Assembly (NCBI RefSeq): GCF_018350175.1
Contig: NC_058369.1
Location: forward strand, 21,144,001 to 21,208,000
Direction: 5' to 3'
Source of the DNA: Felis catus
Lineage: Eukaryota
DNA: 64,000 nucleotides
Part shown: in pieces, positions 12,301-23,144 of the stretch
Layout: each line of letters starts with the position of its first letter
How positions within the stretch are numbered: the stretch's first letter is position 1
Made by a program: the position numbers and the translations under genes
Notes under the pieces: model-generated
Database searches by the model: none
The model's input: only the letters and a program-made list of their open reading frames with translations
Told to the model about the DNA's origin: nothing

Positions 12301-14087
12301 TGGTGTCTTCCACCTCCAGGCCCCCAGCGGCCCTTACGGCCTGAACTTCTCAGAGGCCAAGGCAGCGTGTGGGGCTCAGGGAGCTGTTCTTGCTTCTCTC
12401 CCTCAGCTCTCTGCTGCCCAGAAGGTGTGTGGGGCTTAGGAATCTGGAGCCAAGCCCGTGGGTGCCCCCTCGAGCTGGGCCTTTGGTCTCAGCATCCCCT
12501 TCTGCCCCTACAGCTCGGCTTCCACCTGTGCCGTGTGGGCTGGCTGGCCAACGGCTCGGCTGCCCACCCGGTCGTCTTCCCTGCGGCAGACTGTGGTGGT
12601 GGGCAGTTGGGCGTCATCAGCCTGGGCCTCCGGAAGAACCACTCAGAGCGCTGGGACACCTACTGCTACCGCGAGCAAGGTACAGCCTCCCCTACCCCCC
12701 CCACACATGCCCTGGCTCGGCCCCTTCCCACTGACCCACCCAACTGCTTATCCCGCAGATGTGGCCTGCCGGTGCCGCCAAGGCTTTGTGGGTGATGGGA
12801 CAAGCGTCTGCAATGGGAAGCTGCTCGACGTACTGGCTGCCACGGCCAACTTCTCCACCTTCTATGGGGTGTGCAGGGGCCCAGCCTCAGGGCTGAGGGT
12901 GTGGGTAGCTGGGTCCCTGGGGAGGGAGCCTGCCCACAGTCCTATTTTCCCTCTTCCAGATGCTGCTTGGCTATGCCAATGCCACCCCTCGGGGTCTGGA
13001 CTTCCTGGACTTCCTGGACGATGAGCTCACCTATAAGACACTCTTTGTCCCTGTTAATGAAGGCTTCGTGGACAACATGGTAACCAGTGGGGGTCGTGGG
13101 CAGAGCCAGGCCCAATGCTGATGCCTCCAGCTGGCCTGGGCTAACAGGCCTTGCTTTGCCTACAGACGCTGAGCGGCCCAGACCTGGAGCTGCATGCCTC
13201 CAACACCACCTTCCTGAGCACCAATGCCAGCCAGGATACTGTGCTCCCCGCCCACTCGGGCCTCAGCCTCTTCTTCAGTGCTGTGGGCCCTGACAACAGT
13301 TCCTGGGCCCCTGTGGTGAGTTTTGCTACTGCACTTCCCCTGCTGGCTCTGGCCCTCACACACTCACCAGGCCTGACTCTGGTCTCCCTACAGGCCCCAG
13401 GGGCGGTCGTGGTTAGCCACGTCGTCGTGTGGGACATCATGGCATTCAACGGCATCATCCATGCTCTGGCCAGGCCCCTCCTGGCTCCCCTACAACCTGT
13501 GAGTTGGTGAGGGGTGGGGAGGACGACAGGCAGAACAGCAAGGGGTGAGGAGACGGTCCTGGCCTTGACGCTCTCCTTGTTTGCAGCAGGCAGCGGTGGC
13601 GCCTGAGGGTCCACCCGTGGTGGCAGGTGTGGGGGCTGTAGTGGCTGCTGGAGCACTGCTTGGCCTAGTGGCTGGGGCCTTCTACCTCCGTGCCCGAGGC
13701 CAGGCCACGGGCTTTGGCTTCTCCACCTTCCAGGTAGAGCTGTGTTGGGGGGCAGGGGGGAGGGATGTTGGGGGTGTCTGGGTCCACGGATCTTGCTCGA
13801 GGCCCCTCACCACATACCTCTCTTCCAGGCGGAAGATGATGCTGAGGATGACTTCTCCCCATGGCAGGAAGGAACCAGCCCAACCCTGGTCTCTGTTCCC
13901 AACCCCGTCTTCGGCAGCCCTGATGCCTTTGGTGAGCCCTTCGATGTGAGTATGAGGGGTGAGCGATGACCGAAGGGACCCCAGGGCCTGGTTATCAGCC
14001 CAGCCACAAGCGGTCCTCCCCCCTACCCAGGACTCACTCCTGGAGGAGGACTTCCCGGACACCCAGCGGATCCTCACGGTCAAGTGA
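1..14087 (+). CDS. STAB1: Stabilin-1 (scavenger receptor; EGF/laminin-EGF, FAS1, Link, TM and cytoplasmic tail), 5'-truncated by the window; last 46 coding exons
   Basis: Frame-consistent GT-AG exons: <1-61, 160-318, 1601-1696, 2309-2404, 2561-2608, 2787-2917, 3074-3185, 3577-3654, 3737-3835, 3968-4066, 4212-4343, 4490-4618, 4791-4847, 5225-5308, 5823-6018, 6118-6213, 6303-6348, 6450-6526, 6747-6872, 7055-7128, 7274-7348, 7597-7719, 8022-8069, 8284-8361, 8479-8625, 8978-9118, 9222-9281, 9680-9856, 9940-10026, 10136-10285, 10391-10447, 10524-10725, 11049-11198, 11290-11394, 11568-11675, 11756-11949, 12067-12211, 12291-12424, 12514-12679, 12759-12868, 12960-13079, 13166-13315, 13394-13498, 13587-13733, 13829-13945, 14031-14087 (TGA). 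Translation shows EGF repeats (CxCxxGYxGDG), FAS1 motifs ([16 protein letters not shown]), a Link domain ([21 protein letters not shown]), a TM segment, and a tail with NPVF, DDSLL and the terminal ...DTQRILTVK*. Confidence 0.97.
9326..9357. repeat. (TG)n microsatellite in a STAB1 intron, followed by degenerate TG-rich sequence
   Basis: Run of about 16 TG units read directly. Confidence 0.9.
12005..12029. repeat. Poly-C homopolymer (25 nt) in a STAB1 intron
   Basis: Read directly. Confidence 0.9.
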
Positions 14088-14131
14088 TGCATCTAGGACC
14101 GAACAGAGGCACGAGCAGGAGGGAGACCACT

Positions 14132-14137
14132 TTTATT
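14132..14137 (-). terminator. NT5DC2 polyadenylation signal AATAAA (TTTATT on +)
   Basis: First minus-strand AATAAA after the NT5DC2 stop, about 75 nt downstream. Confidence 0.85.
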
Positions 14138-14198
14138 GCCCGCCCTGGAACGACGCCCAGCATAGGCGGGGCAGGAGGGGTTAGGACCTATTCTGGAC

Positions 14199-14204
14199 AA
14201 TAAA
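14199..14204 (+). terminator. STAB1 polyadenylation signal AATAAA
   Basis: First AATAAA after the STAB1 stop, about 110 nt downstream. Confidence 0.85.
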
Positions 14205-14211
14205 GGTGCCC

Positions 14212-17200
14212 TCAGCGGATGTGGGCCATGTCGCCAAGGAAGGGTGTCTTCATGCAGCCGGTGCAGAGCTGGTCCATCCAGAGCGGCGCCTCATGCTGCA
14301 GGGGTGTGCGGCGTGGGTAGAAGGTGAAGTCTACCCGGTAGTTGAGTAGACAGCTGAGGGAGGCCATGTAGAGGTCAGAGAAGCGCACGAGGCGTCGTGA
14401 GAAGTATGTGGGGTTGTGGAAGGTGCGGAAGATGCTCCCAAACTGAGCGTTGAACAGGGCCTTGGTGATGCACCTGAGGAAGAGACATGGGGCACTAGAG
14501 CAGGCACGGCAGGAATGAGGCTGGGAGCCCTTCCTGCCCCACCCTGCCCACCTCAGCTCCTGCCGCTCCTTCATCCAGGCAGCCAGCACCTGCTGCGACT
14601 CGGCGTCCTGGTACGTCTGGGGGAGACGGGGTGGGTGCTGGGTGTGTGCCTGGGCGGCAGCCCTGCCCTCCCCCCAGGCCGCCCCGCGCCCCCACACCTG
14701 CATGCGCTCCAGCAGCCCCGTGAGCGCCTGCTGCCACGTCAGCGAGTGCATGTACTGCTCCGTGTTGATGATGCGGATCTCGCGCTCTAGCTCGGGGATG
14801 ATGGCACCGGTTCGCCAGCCGTGCCGTAGCATGAGGTCCTGGGGGGTGGAGGACAGGGATCAGCATCAGCCAGCAGGCTCCCTCCCTCCCACCCAGCCTT
14901 GCGCCCCTCACCGCCAGATCACTGTACAGATGGTCTCCGAAGTAGAGCACACGGGGTCCACGCCACTCCGTCAGGCGGAGGAAGTCATACAGGTTTCCCT
15001 GGGGAGAGGTGGGGGGGCACCGCTGAGCACAGCGTACCACGGGACTACCAGAGCCACGCCATGTTCTCCACCTTCCTCCCAAATCCCCAGGGGCAGCACG
15101 GCCCCTCCAGCTGGATGCCGGGCTGCCCTTTCCCATGGCCTCAGTGTCCCCGGGCTCTGGCCCTGTCTCCTCCCCCTTCACAGTCAGGAAGGGGGTCTGC
15201 CTGCCACAGGAAGGTCTGTCAGCCTGGCATGATGCCCTGGGCCTCCCCTCCCTGTGGCCTCACACCCACCCCAGGGATCCCACTCTGTGGGAAACAAGCC
15301 ACAGCAGCGAGCCTGTGGCCCTAAAGCCCTTCCTGTCCTCCCCGGCCTGGGCCCAGAGGGACCCAGCAGACCTCACTGCGAAGCCATCTGCCCCTCCTGC
15401 TCCAAAGCTAGAGAAAAGATGAAAGCAGTCAAGCTCAAACACAACAGAGGAAGCTCGCGGGAGAGAAAAATGGGGCAGGGGGCCCAGAGCAGGAAGTGCA
15501 GCAGCCAGTGAGGCAGGAGCCCACACCCTACAAATGAACAGAATTCACACTCAGCGCAAAGGAGCTACTACAGTAGCCTGTGCATGCTAGTGGCAGGGGG
15601 AGAAAGCAAGGCGTGGCCGACACAGGGCCGTGAAAGGATTGTTGAAATAAGCTCAAGTGGGGAGGCTGTAGAGTCAAATACGAGTGGGCGGAGCGCTGAG
15701 GATGTGCCCTGAACCAAGAGAAAGTTTCGAGGTACAGGTGCTGAGTCAGGCAAGATGGAACCTGGGTTCCAGCCTCCCCAGCAAGGGGAGACAGGAAGGA
15801 GCATAAAGAAAGATGAGAACCAAGCAGGATCGGGCACACACACAAAATGAAACTTCAGATCATCAGGCATAAAGAAAAGGCTAAAAGCTGCCAAAGGAGA
15901 AAAACTCCCCTTGTTCCCCACGAAGGTACATGACCCTCCTCAGGCTTATTAGCCAAGATGCCAAGACAAAGGAGAGCGTTGCCCTCAGAGCAGAGGGTAA
16001 GAGCCTGCGCTTAAGGGGGCCATGGAGAGTTGGGGGCCACCCAGGTAGGAGTACTGTCTACAGGCCGGGCCGCTGCCCTGGATACCCCAGGCTGCTCCCG
16101 ACCCAACTACTGACTTCCTCCCTCCCCCCAACCCCTGGAACCCCCACCCTCAAGAAGCCCAGCTCAGCCAGGATTTCCGCATTCCATCCAGGGCCAAATG
16201 CCTTAATCACCTCCTGCTCCTTAATCACCACACAACCCCCAGCACTGGGCCCCCTTCTCATTTTCCTAGCCACCAGCCAGGAAAGGGGGTCTTCCCAAGG
16301 GCCCGTGAGCTGCTCCGGCCAGCTTGACTGGCTGTAGCAGAGTGGTCAGCCCCAAGTAATGACATTGCTGTTTAGTGGGCATTCAGTAAATGCCTGGCCC
16401 ATCTAAGGGCTTGTACACCACAATTCAAGTAGAACATACTTTTTTTTTTTTTTTTTTACATTATACTTCTTTTATAGATGAGAAAAAGCAAAGCACAGAG
16501 AGGCCAAGTGACTTGGCCAGACTCCCTCCGCTATCGAGCAGTAAACTTGGAATTCAAATGAAGGCAAATTGACCAGGCCTGTGTCCTGAGAGCCATTCCC
16601 TGGTGCCCCTGGAAATGGTGCAAGGGGGCAGAGCCACGGCAGATGTGTGGTGGCTGGGCAGGGCCCAGGAGGCTGTGCTACTGACCCCTCCACGGCCTGG
16701 GGCTATGGTTAGGCCACCCAGATAGCACTCACCTGCCGATAGATTTTGCCCTTCTCCAGGCGGGTGATGCGGTCCCAGTGCAGGGAGCCCTTCTCATCAA
16801 GTTTTCTGAAAGGCCTGGAGGCAGAGGGGTAAAGGGCTTGGATTCCAGTCTAGGGCAGGACCAGAGGCAGGCACCTCCTCAGTCTGCAAAGGCCACCTGC
16901 TCACATGGGCTGGGTGCTGACAAGGGGGTGTCCCCACCCCAAGCACACAGGGTGGTGAGCAAAGGCCAGTGCCCGCTCCCCACCCTCATCACCCCTGCTA
17001 GGCCCATACTTGCGCCGGTCAGTAAAGAAGCTGGGTTTGTCTGCCTGGACGATGACCACATCAAAGAGCTGGCGCCAGTCAGGACCCACCATGTGCCGCA
17101 TCCCCTTGTCCCTGGGCAGAAGTGGAACAGGCAGCAGGTGGGCTGAGGCAGGCCCCTCCTTGGGCCCTACCCCATTCCCCCCAGGACCCCCCCCCCCACC

Positions 17201-20200
17201 TCCCCACCGCAGGCAGCTCACACGAAGCTGAAAGGACTGTTGGTGATGAGGAAGAGCTGCTTCCCATGGGCCACCAGGCGGCTCAAGACGGCGAAGGTCT
17301 CGTCCCCTCTCAGGATGTACTTCTCTAACAGGGAGATGGGTCTGTGAGGGCCAGCCCGGCCCCCTGCCCAGAAAGCCGCAGCAGGGCTACTGTCTACCCT
17401 TACCCATATCCTGTTCGATCCACTGGTACATGAGGCCCTTCACGTGCACATCTCGAATGGCATCCTGGGGGTAGGAGAAGGACTGTGAGGGTGCAGTGGG
17501 GCCAAGAAGGCCTGCCCCGCTGTGGCTGACTTGATCTTCCCTGCCACCCCGAGAGGCAGGCCCAATGTTCTCACTGTCACATCCTTGTAGAGGTGTGCCT
17601 GGTCAAACTCCAGGCCGTGACTCAGGAAGTGGTCCACCACGCAGGACAGCAGTGCCATTTCCGGCAGTGAGAAGATGTCCATGAACTGCTTGATGGAGGG
17701 ACCCTGTGGAGGGAGCAGCCACCTCAGCAGCCCCTCTATCCCTACCGCCCCTCGCCCTGGAGACCAGTGTCCCTTGGGACACTGGTAGAGGGAAACTACC
17801 TGCTGGGTGAGCCAGCCCACCAGGGTGAGGGCACCCACAGCGAGATCACTGAGCTGCCTGCCCCGGCCAGTGGCAGTGTTAGACGGAGCAAGTACCTTGC
17901 CGTAGAAGCCACTCATCTGGTACAGTGGGATGTGCTGGGTGCCCCCATATAGGTCTATCACCTCCTCGTCAGGCACAGGCTGGAGGCCCCTGGGTGGATG
18001 CACAGACATCATGAGTCTGAAGTGGTCCTGAGCTGAGGCCACAGTGTAAGATGCAGGTTGAGGGGGTGGGGGGACAGCAGGGTCAGGCAGGGCAGTCTGC
18101 ACTGACCTGTAGGCCGTCCCCAGCTGCACATAATGGAAGGCATCAATCTTCATCAGAAGGCTCTGGGAGCACCAGGGGAATGGGATGGGTGGTAAGAAAG
18201 GGGCTTGCATTCATCCAAGCCAGCCTCTTCCAGTCCCTGTGCTGAAGCCCCAGCTGGAAGGTACCAAGGGGATTAAGTGCCCGTGAAGCTACAGCTGTGA
18301 GGCCAGGGGTAGCCCCTTATAGAGGATGGGGGCTAAGGAAGTAGTGCTGATGCACATCCAGTCAGGAGGGGCCCCACGGAGAACATGGCCTAGCCACTCA
18401 CCTTCTGAATGTCGTAGTGGAGGCCTCGGATGGCAAAGCTGGGGTCGTAGTCATATTTCCGGATCCCCTCTGGGTACTGTTGGGGGGGGAAGTGCGCCAC
18501 GCCTGAGCCAGTGGCAATGCCAGACCTCTGGCTGGGCAGCTGCCTCAGGGGACCTCCGTGACTCAGCCTGAGGTTCCCCCGGGGCCTGGGCCGTCTGCCC
18601 GGCCAGCCTCACCTTGTAGTGCTCAATCAGGATGTCGCGGGCGGCACTGAAGATCTCAGGGTGCAGCGCATCTGCGTACTGGGCCAGTGTGTAGTCGTAG
18701 TCGAAGCCATAGACTTCGACATCACGCAGGCTGATCTCGTTGTTGGCATAGATGGCTGCTGGGTTCAGGAGACTGCAGACCTCGGGGGGCAGGAGGTCTG
18801 GAGGGAGGAGATGCAGGTATGATGAGATGAACACGGAAGCAGCACATGGTCACCGAGCACTTTCCAGGTGCCCAGCTCTGGGAGCCTCATGAAACCACCC
18901 AAGATGGGCAATCTTAGCCCGAGGCTGCATATGGTCAAACTGAGGCTTAGAAATGCCACTTGCCCAGGGTCACGTGGTTGGGGTAAGGCAGAGCTGGCAA
19001 TGGGACAAGACCACGGCTGGATCTCCCACCTCTGGGTCTTGGGTTACACCCCTGCCTGCAGCCCACCAGGTGAACTGAGCCCACGTCCCCTCCAGGCTCT
19101 CATAAGCCCCACTGGACCCATGGCTATGCTTGGGCCCTTTCCACCCTGCCTGAAGCTCAGGCTGGGACTGAGGAACATTATAGGAGTTGGGGGAGGGGGG
19201 AGTATGGGGTAGCTCTTCTGTCGCTCACTTTCCCGGGTCTGAGCACCTGCCACGGCCTGTGGAGCGAGGCCCCTCTAATCGGATTTCAGCGGCTCGCCAG
19301 TCCACGTAATGACATTTGCTGCTTCTGGCCAGGGAACATTGCTAATTACGACAGGCAGGACGTGTGATGTTGGGCTGCGGGGCAGTACCCAGGTTGCTCC
19401 CTTCTGGGGATGTGGTCATGGCCACCCCAAGTCCCTGGCTGCTATGGTCAGGTTGAGTGGGACACCGTGCAGAGTAGGCCCTAGGGTCCTAGGGAGGCAG
19501 AGGAGGATGAGGGGGTCCCAGGCTTATCTTCCTCAGTTTCCCCATCTGTACAGTAGGGGAGTTGAATGGGGAAAGTGCCTGGGCTTTGAGGTCGGAGAGA
19601 CCAAGCCAAATACCCCCTCTTACAACTGGCACCTCAGAAAAGTTACCTCACATTTTGTACCTCAGATTCCCTATTTCTCAAGGCGGAATCAAAATCGTGC
19701 CAACCTACAGAATTATGGAGAGGTCATGTTGAATGTGCTCTGTGCAGCATTCCTGCTCTGCACCCGGCAAACGTAGGATTAAATGAACCACAGGCCAACG
19801 TAGGATTAAATGAACCACGGGCCTCTGAAGCCTGTCACCTCCCTGTCCCGGATCTCCCTGCATCACTCGACGAGTAGGGGCTGCGGGAGAGGGGACCAGG
19901 TGGGATTAGGTGCATAGGACACTGCCCTGCAGGGGCTCCAGGTGGCCCCATTCCTGAGACCACTAGCTTGTGGCTAAGGCCCGCACCCACAGCCCAAGCC
20001 TCCACGGAATTCCTGTCTCAGCCACAACAAGGCACAATCCTGAAGCAGAAACCCTCGGCCACACAGCTGCCTGTGCACAGAGGCAAACACCGATGAGCTC
20101 CCACGCTCTGAGCATTTGCCTTGGAGGCCCCTTTGGAACACGGGTTCCACCCTACCCCCTTTCCTTTGGAGCAAAGTGCAGGGTATGGGTGGGGGAACAA

Positions 20201-23144
20201 GTGTGGCTGGTTCCTCTAGGGGCCCCAGGCCAATGTAAGCCTGGCACAGAGCAGCTGTTTCGCAGACTCGTGGGTGCAGACAGAACACTCCTCACTTGGA
20301 TGCACGTGAGACTCAGCTGCCTTCAGCTCTCTAGGGATCTGCTTGTGAGATGCCCCTCTGATGTCACTAGGCCTCTGATGTCACTGGGCCTTGCTCTCCC
20401 CACGGTCCTGAGTTCCTGGGCACCAAGTCCAGTAGCCCCCCAGGGCTACTGGGGGGAGGGGAGGGATCTGCTTGGCAGCGTAGCCCCTTGTTGCCGGCAG
20501 AGTTCTAGCCAAGACCAGGCTTCCGCCTCTGTCCTTGAAAATGTTCCCAGGATGGACAATCCTCTGAGGAACAAAGCAGGATGGGGAAGCAGCCCACGGG
20601 GTCTGCCCTCCTGACGTGATTTCTGGACGGAGGAAAGCACAGCTCGGGGGGCCACAAGGTCCACTCCTTTCCACGGGAGTATGGTGGCGCACAGGGCCAG
20701 GTGAGGAGGATGTACTCCTCACCTGCACTGGCCTCCCAAGTTCACTGGGCTCACTGTGCAGACCTCACCCTCCTTTCCTCTTCTCAGTTCCCAGTTCCCA
20801 CCCCTGCCCCAGGCTCCAGGGCCAACTCTTCCCCACGGCAGCTGTAAGACTCACTGTGGGTGCCTTCCTCCCAGCTGTTGCTGGGTGCACTTGCTGGGTG
20901 CCTTAGAGGCTCATCCTGTTCAAGCCTTACTCCAATCCTGTGAGGTGGTCCTACTTATTCATCCATCATCCAGAGGAAGAAATGGGCTCAGGAAGGTGAA
21001 GTCACTTGCTCTAAACCATCCAGCGGTAGGCAATGCAGTTGAGATTAAAATTCGGGTCACTCTACTTGCCTTAACCACTCTGCCCCTAGGCCTAGCCTTT
21101 CAGTGTCCCCATGCTGGCAGGGAGGCACTGGGCTGGGGCCTGGCTCCTGGGCACAGTTTTGCCCACAGGCATTAGCCCAAGGCATACCTCAATGCCCAGA
21201 ATGTCCCCCAGAAAACCCAGTCAAGAGGGATGAGTTAGGACTCAGGGGTGCCAGTCTGGCTCATCCTAGCATCTTGGAAATGATGCTTTCACATCAAGAG
21301 GAGCTTGGGTGGCTCTGTGACTATCTTAAGATCCAGGTGAGCCAGGTGTGACAAAGCCCAGCAGGCCTTCCTGTGTTCTCTCCCACACCTACAAGGCAGG
21401 CTCCTCAGGTTGCCCTACGGAAGGTCTTCTCCAGACCCAGAGCAAACACAAATCCTTAACAGCATCCCAGGCCTGTCCTGTCCACTGAAGGGGGGGGTGG
21501 GGGTGGAGGTGGGAGGGGTGGGGTCCTGACAGAGGTCCAAGGGCTTCAGAACCACAATTCCTCACTATTCTGCCTTGGACTTCTCAGGTGAGTCCTGTCC
21601 AGCTCTCCACACAGCTAGAGTGGAGGCTCTAATCATCTGGAATCTTCCAGACAGGGCCACTTTGTCTTACCAATGAAAGCCGCATCACCCTTGGGGGCTC
21701 CTCTAGAAGCTCCCCTGCCCTTTCCAGGCCTGGTTCCTTCTGTGTCTCCACCACAGCCCTGTGTCGTGGGTTTGTGTTTTACACTGTAGACTCTGAGGGT
21801 CCAAGAGGGTTGAGGCCTGCTGAACGCCACCCTGCTGGTCAGTGATAGGGGTCAAGCCCAAACCACATATGCCTGCCGCAGAAGAGAGAAGAGCCCCAGG
21901 GCGGGTGTGGGGCGGGGGGTGGGGACCAATATCAGGCACTCTCAGATCTCTGGCCTCATCAGGGCATCCCAGCCTCTCATCCCATCCCTGTCTGGAAGAT
22001 TCCAGATGATTAGAGCCTCCACTCTAGCTGTGTGGAGAGCTGGACAGGACTCACCTGAGAAGCCCAAGGCAGAATAGTGGTACTGAAGGCCTTGGACCTC
22101 TGTCAGGACCCCGCACCGCCCCCCCCCCCACCCTCCCCTTCAGTGGACAGGACAGGCCTGGGATGCTGTTAAGGATTTGTGTTTGCTCTGGGTCTGGAGA
22201 AGACCTTCTGTAGGGCAACCTGAGGAGCCTGCCTTGTAGGTGTGGGAGAGAACACAGGAAGCCTAGCCTCTCTGGGGGGAGGCCGCAGGTTCATCAGCCC
22301 ATTTTGCAGTGTCCCGGCCAAGGATGAAGCCACCCTTGTGGACTCCAGGGCCCTGGGGTGGCTTGGTCTCGTTTCTCCAACCAACACCTTCCCCTCCTGG
22401 GCTGAGAGTGCCCCGGACCTCGGTGGCAATCCAGAGGTGTCTGCAAAGTCTAGTCCGCGTCCGCTTAGGTTGGGCAGCGCCGCCGGCCGGCTTTGTCCCT
22501 GGAGCTCCCGCCCCAACTAAGGGCCGCTAAGAGAACAAGGGGTAGGGGCATTTCCGCCGCAGCATCCCGGCAGACGGGGTCGCCAGGAAAGACGGTGGGG
22601 GCTCCGCATTCCGGAGGCCGCTTCGGGAACCCCGAGATCCTGCAGACGGAGCCAGGGAACAAAACTCCCGTCGGCCCGTCTGCCTCCGGACGTCGGGGCG
22701 TCCCTAGAGGGCCCCGGGACGACCAGTGGGAGCCTCTCCCGAAAAGCTGCTCGGCCTTCAGGCTCCGGGGCCCCGGCGAGCCTCACCAGGGTGCTTTCCC
22801 CGAAGAGCGGCGCCCGGGCCGGCTCGGGACGGCTGGTCTGTCCGTCGCCTGGGCGCGCGCCGGCCGCCGCGCGGATACACCCCCGGCGCCCATCCCACTC
22901 CGGCTCACCCACCGTGCACCAATCTCCGCATGTCCTGGTAACGAGCCCACAGGTGCGCGCTGAACTCGGCGCCGCCGGCGGGCGCCGGGGCGGGCGCGGG
23001 GCGCGGGGCACCGGGGCAGTGGGCGCCGGGACCCGGGGGGCCGCAGCCAGGGCAGGAGGGCGAGGACGACGCGGCTCGCGGCCCGCCGTGGCCCCTGCAC
23101 GGCAGCCAGCGCCGAGCGGCCGCCCGCAGCCCCGCACCCGCCAT
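14212..23144 (-). CDS. NT5DC2: 5'-nucleotidase domain-containing protein 2 (HAD superfamily), complete, 14 exons, 557 aa
   Basis: Exons in transcript order: 23144-22913, 18797-18613, 18476-18402, 18162-18107, 17989-17896, 17703-17575, 17464-17404, 17324-17222, 17111-17010, 16814-16733, 14998-14912, 14838-14698, 14616-14552, 14473-14212. Total 1674 nt, all GT-AG. HAD motifs [13 protein letters not shown] and FGDHLYSD; C-terminus ...[11 protein letters not shown]; Arg/Ala-rich N-terminus [14 protein letters not shown]. Confidence 0.97.
18850..19030 (+). mobile_element. MIR-like SINE fragment in NT5DC2 intron 1
   Basis: Core-like 'aaactgaggcttagaaatgccacttgcccagggtcacgtgg...gcagagctgg'; boundaries approximate. 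Confidence 0.55.
19770..19823. repeat. 27-bp tandem duplication (2 copies)
   Basis: aacgtaggattaaatgaaccacaggcc / aacgtaggattaaatgaaccacgggcc, 1 mismatch. Confidence 0.9.
21368..22260. repeat. Long inverted repeat: arms 21368-21656 and 21986-22260, 329-bp spacer
   Basis: Manual reverse-complement alignment: outer 120 nt have 1 mismatch, inner ~90 nt have 1 mismatch; the remaining differences fall in a G-run, two adjacent substitutions and a ~10-nt indel. Confidence 0.95.

Noticed and set aside
11680..12795. 371-aa ORF with a poly-Pro run
   Set aside because: STAB1 exons joined by chance in-frame introns; the poly-Pro comes from a C25 homopolymer whose length is unstable and error-prone.
19770..19823. 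27-bp direct repeat as a CRISPR-like array
   Set aside because: Only two abutting copies, no spacers, mammalian context.
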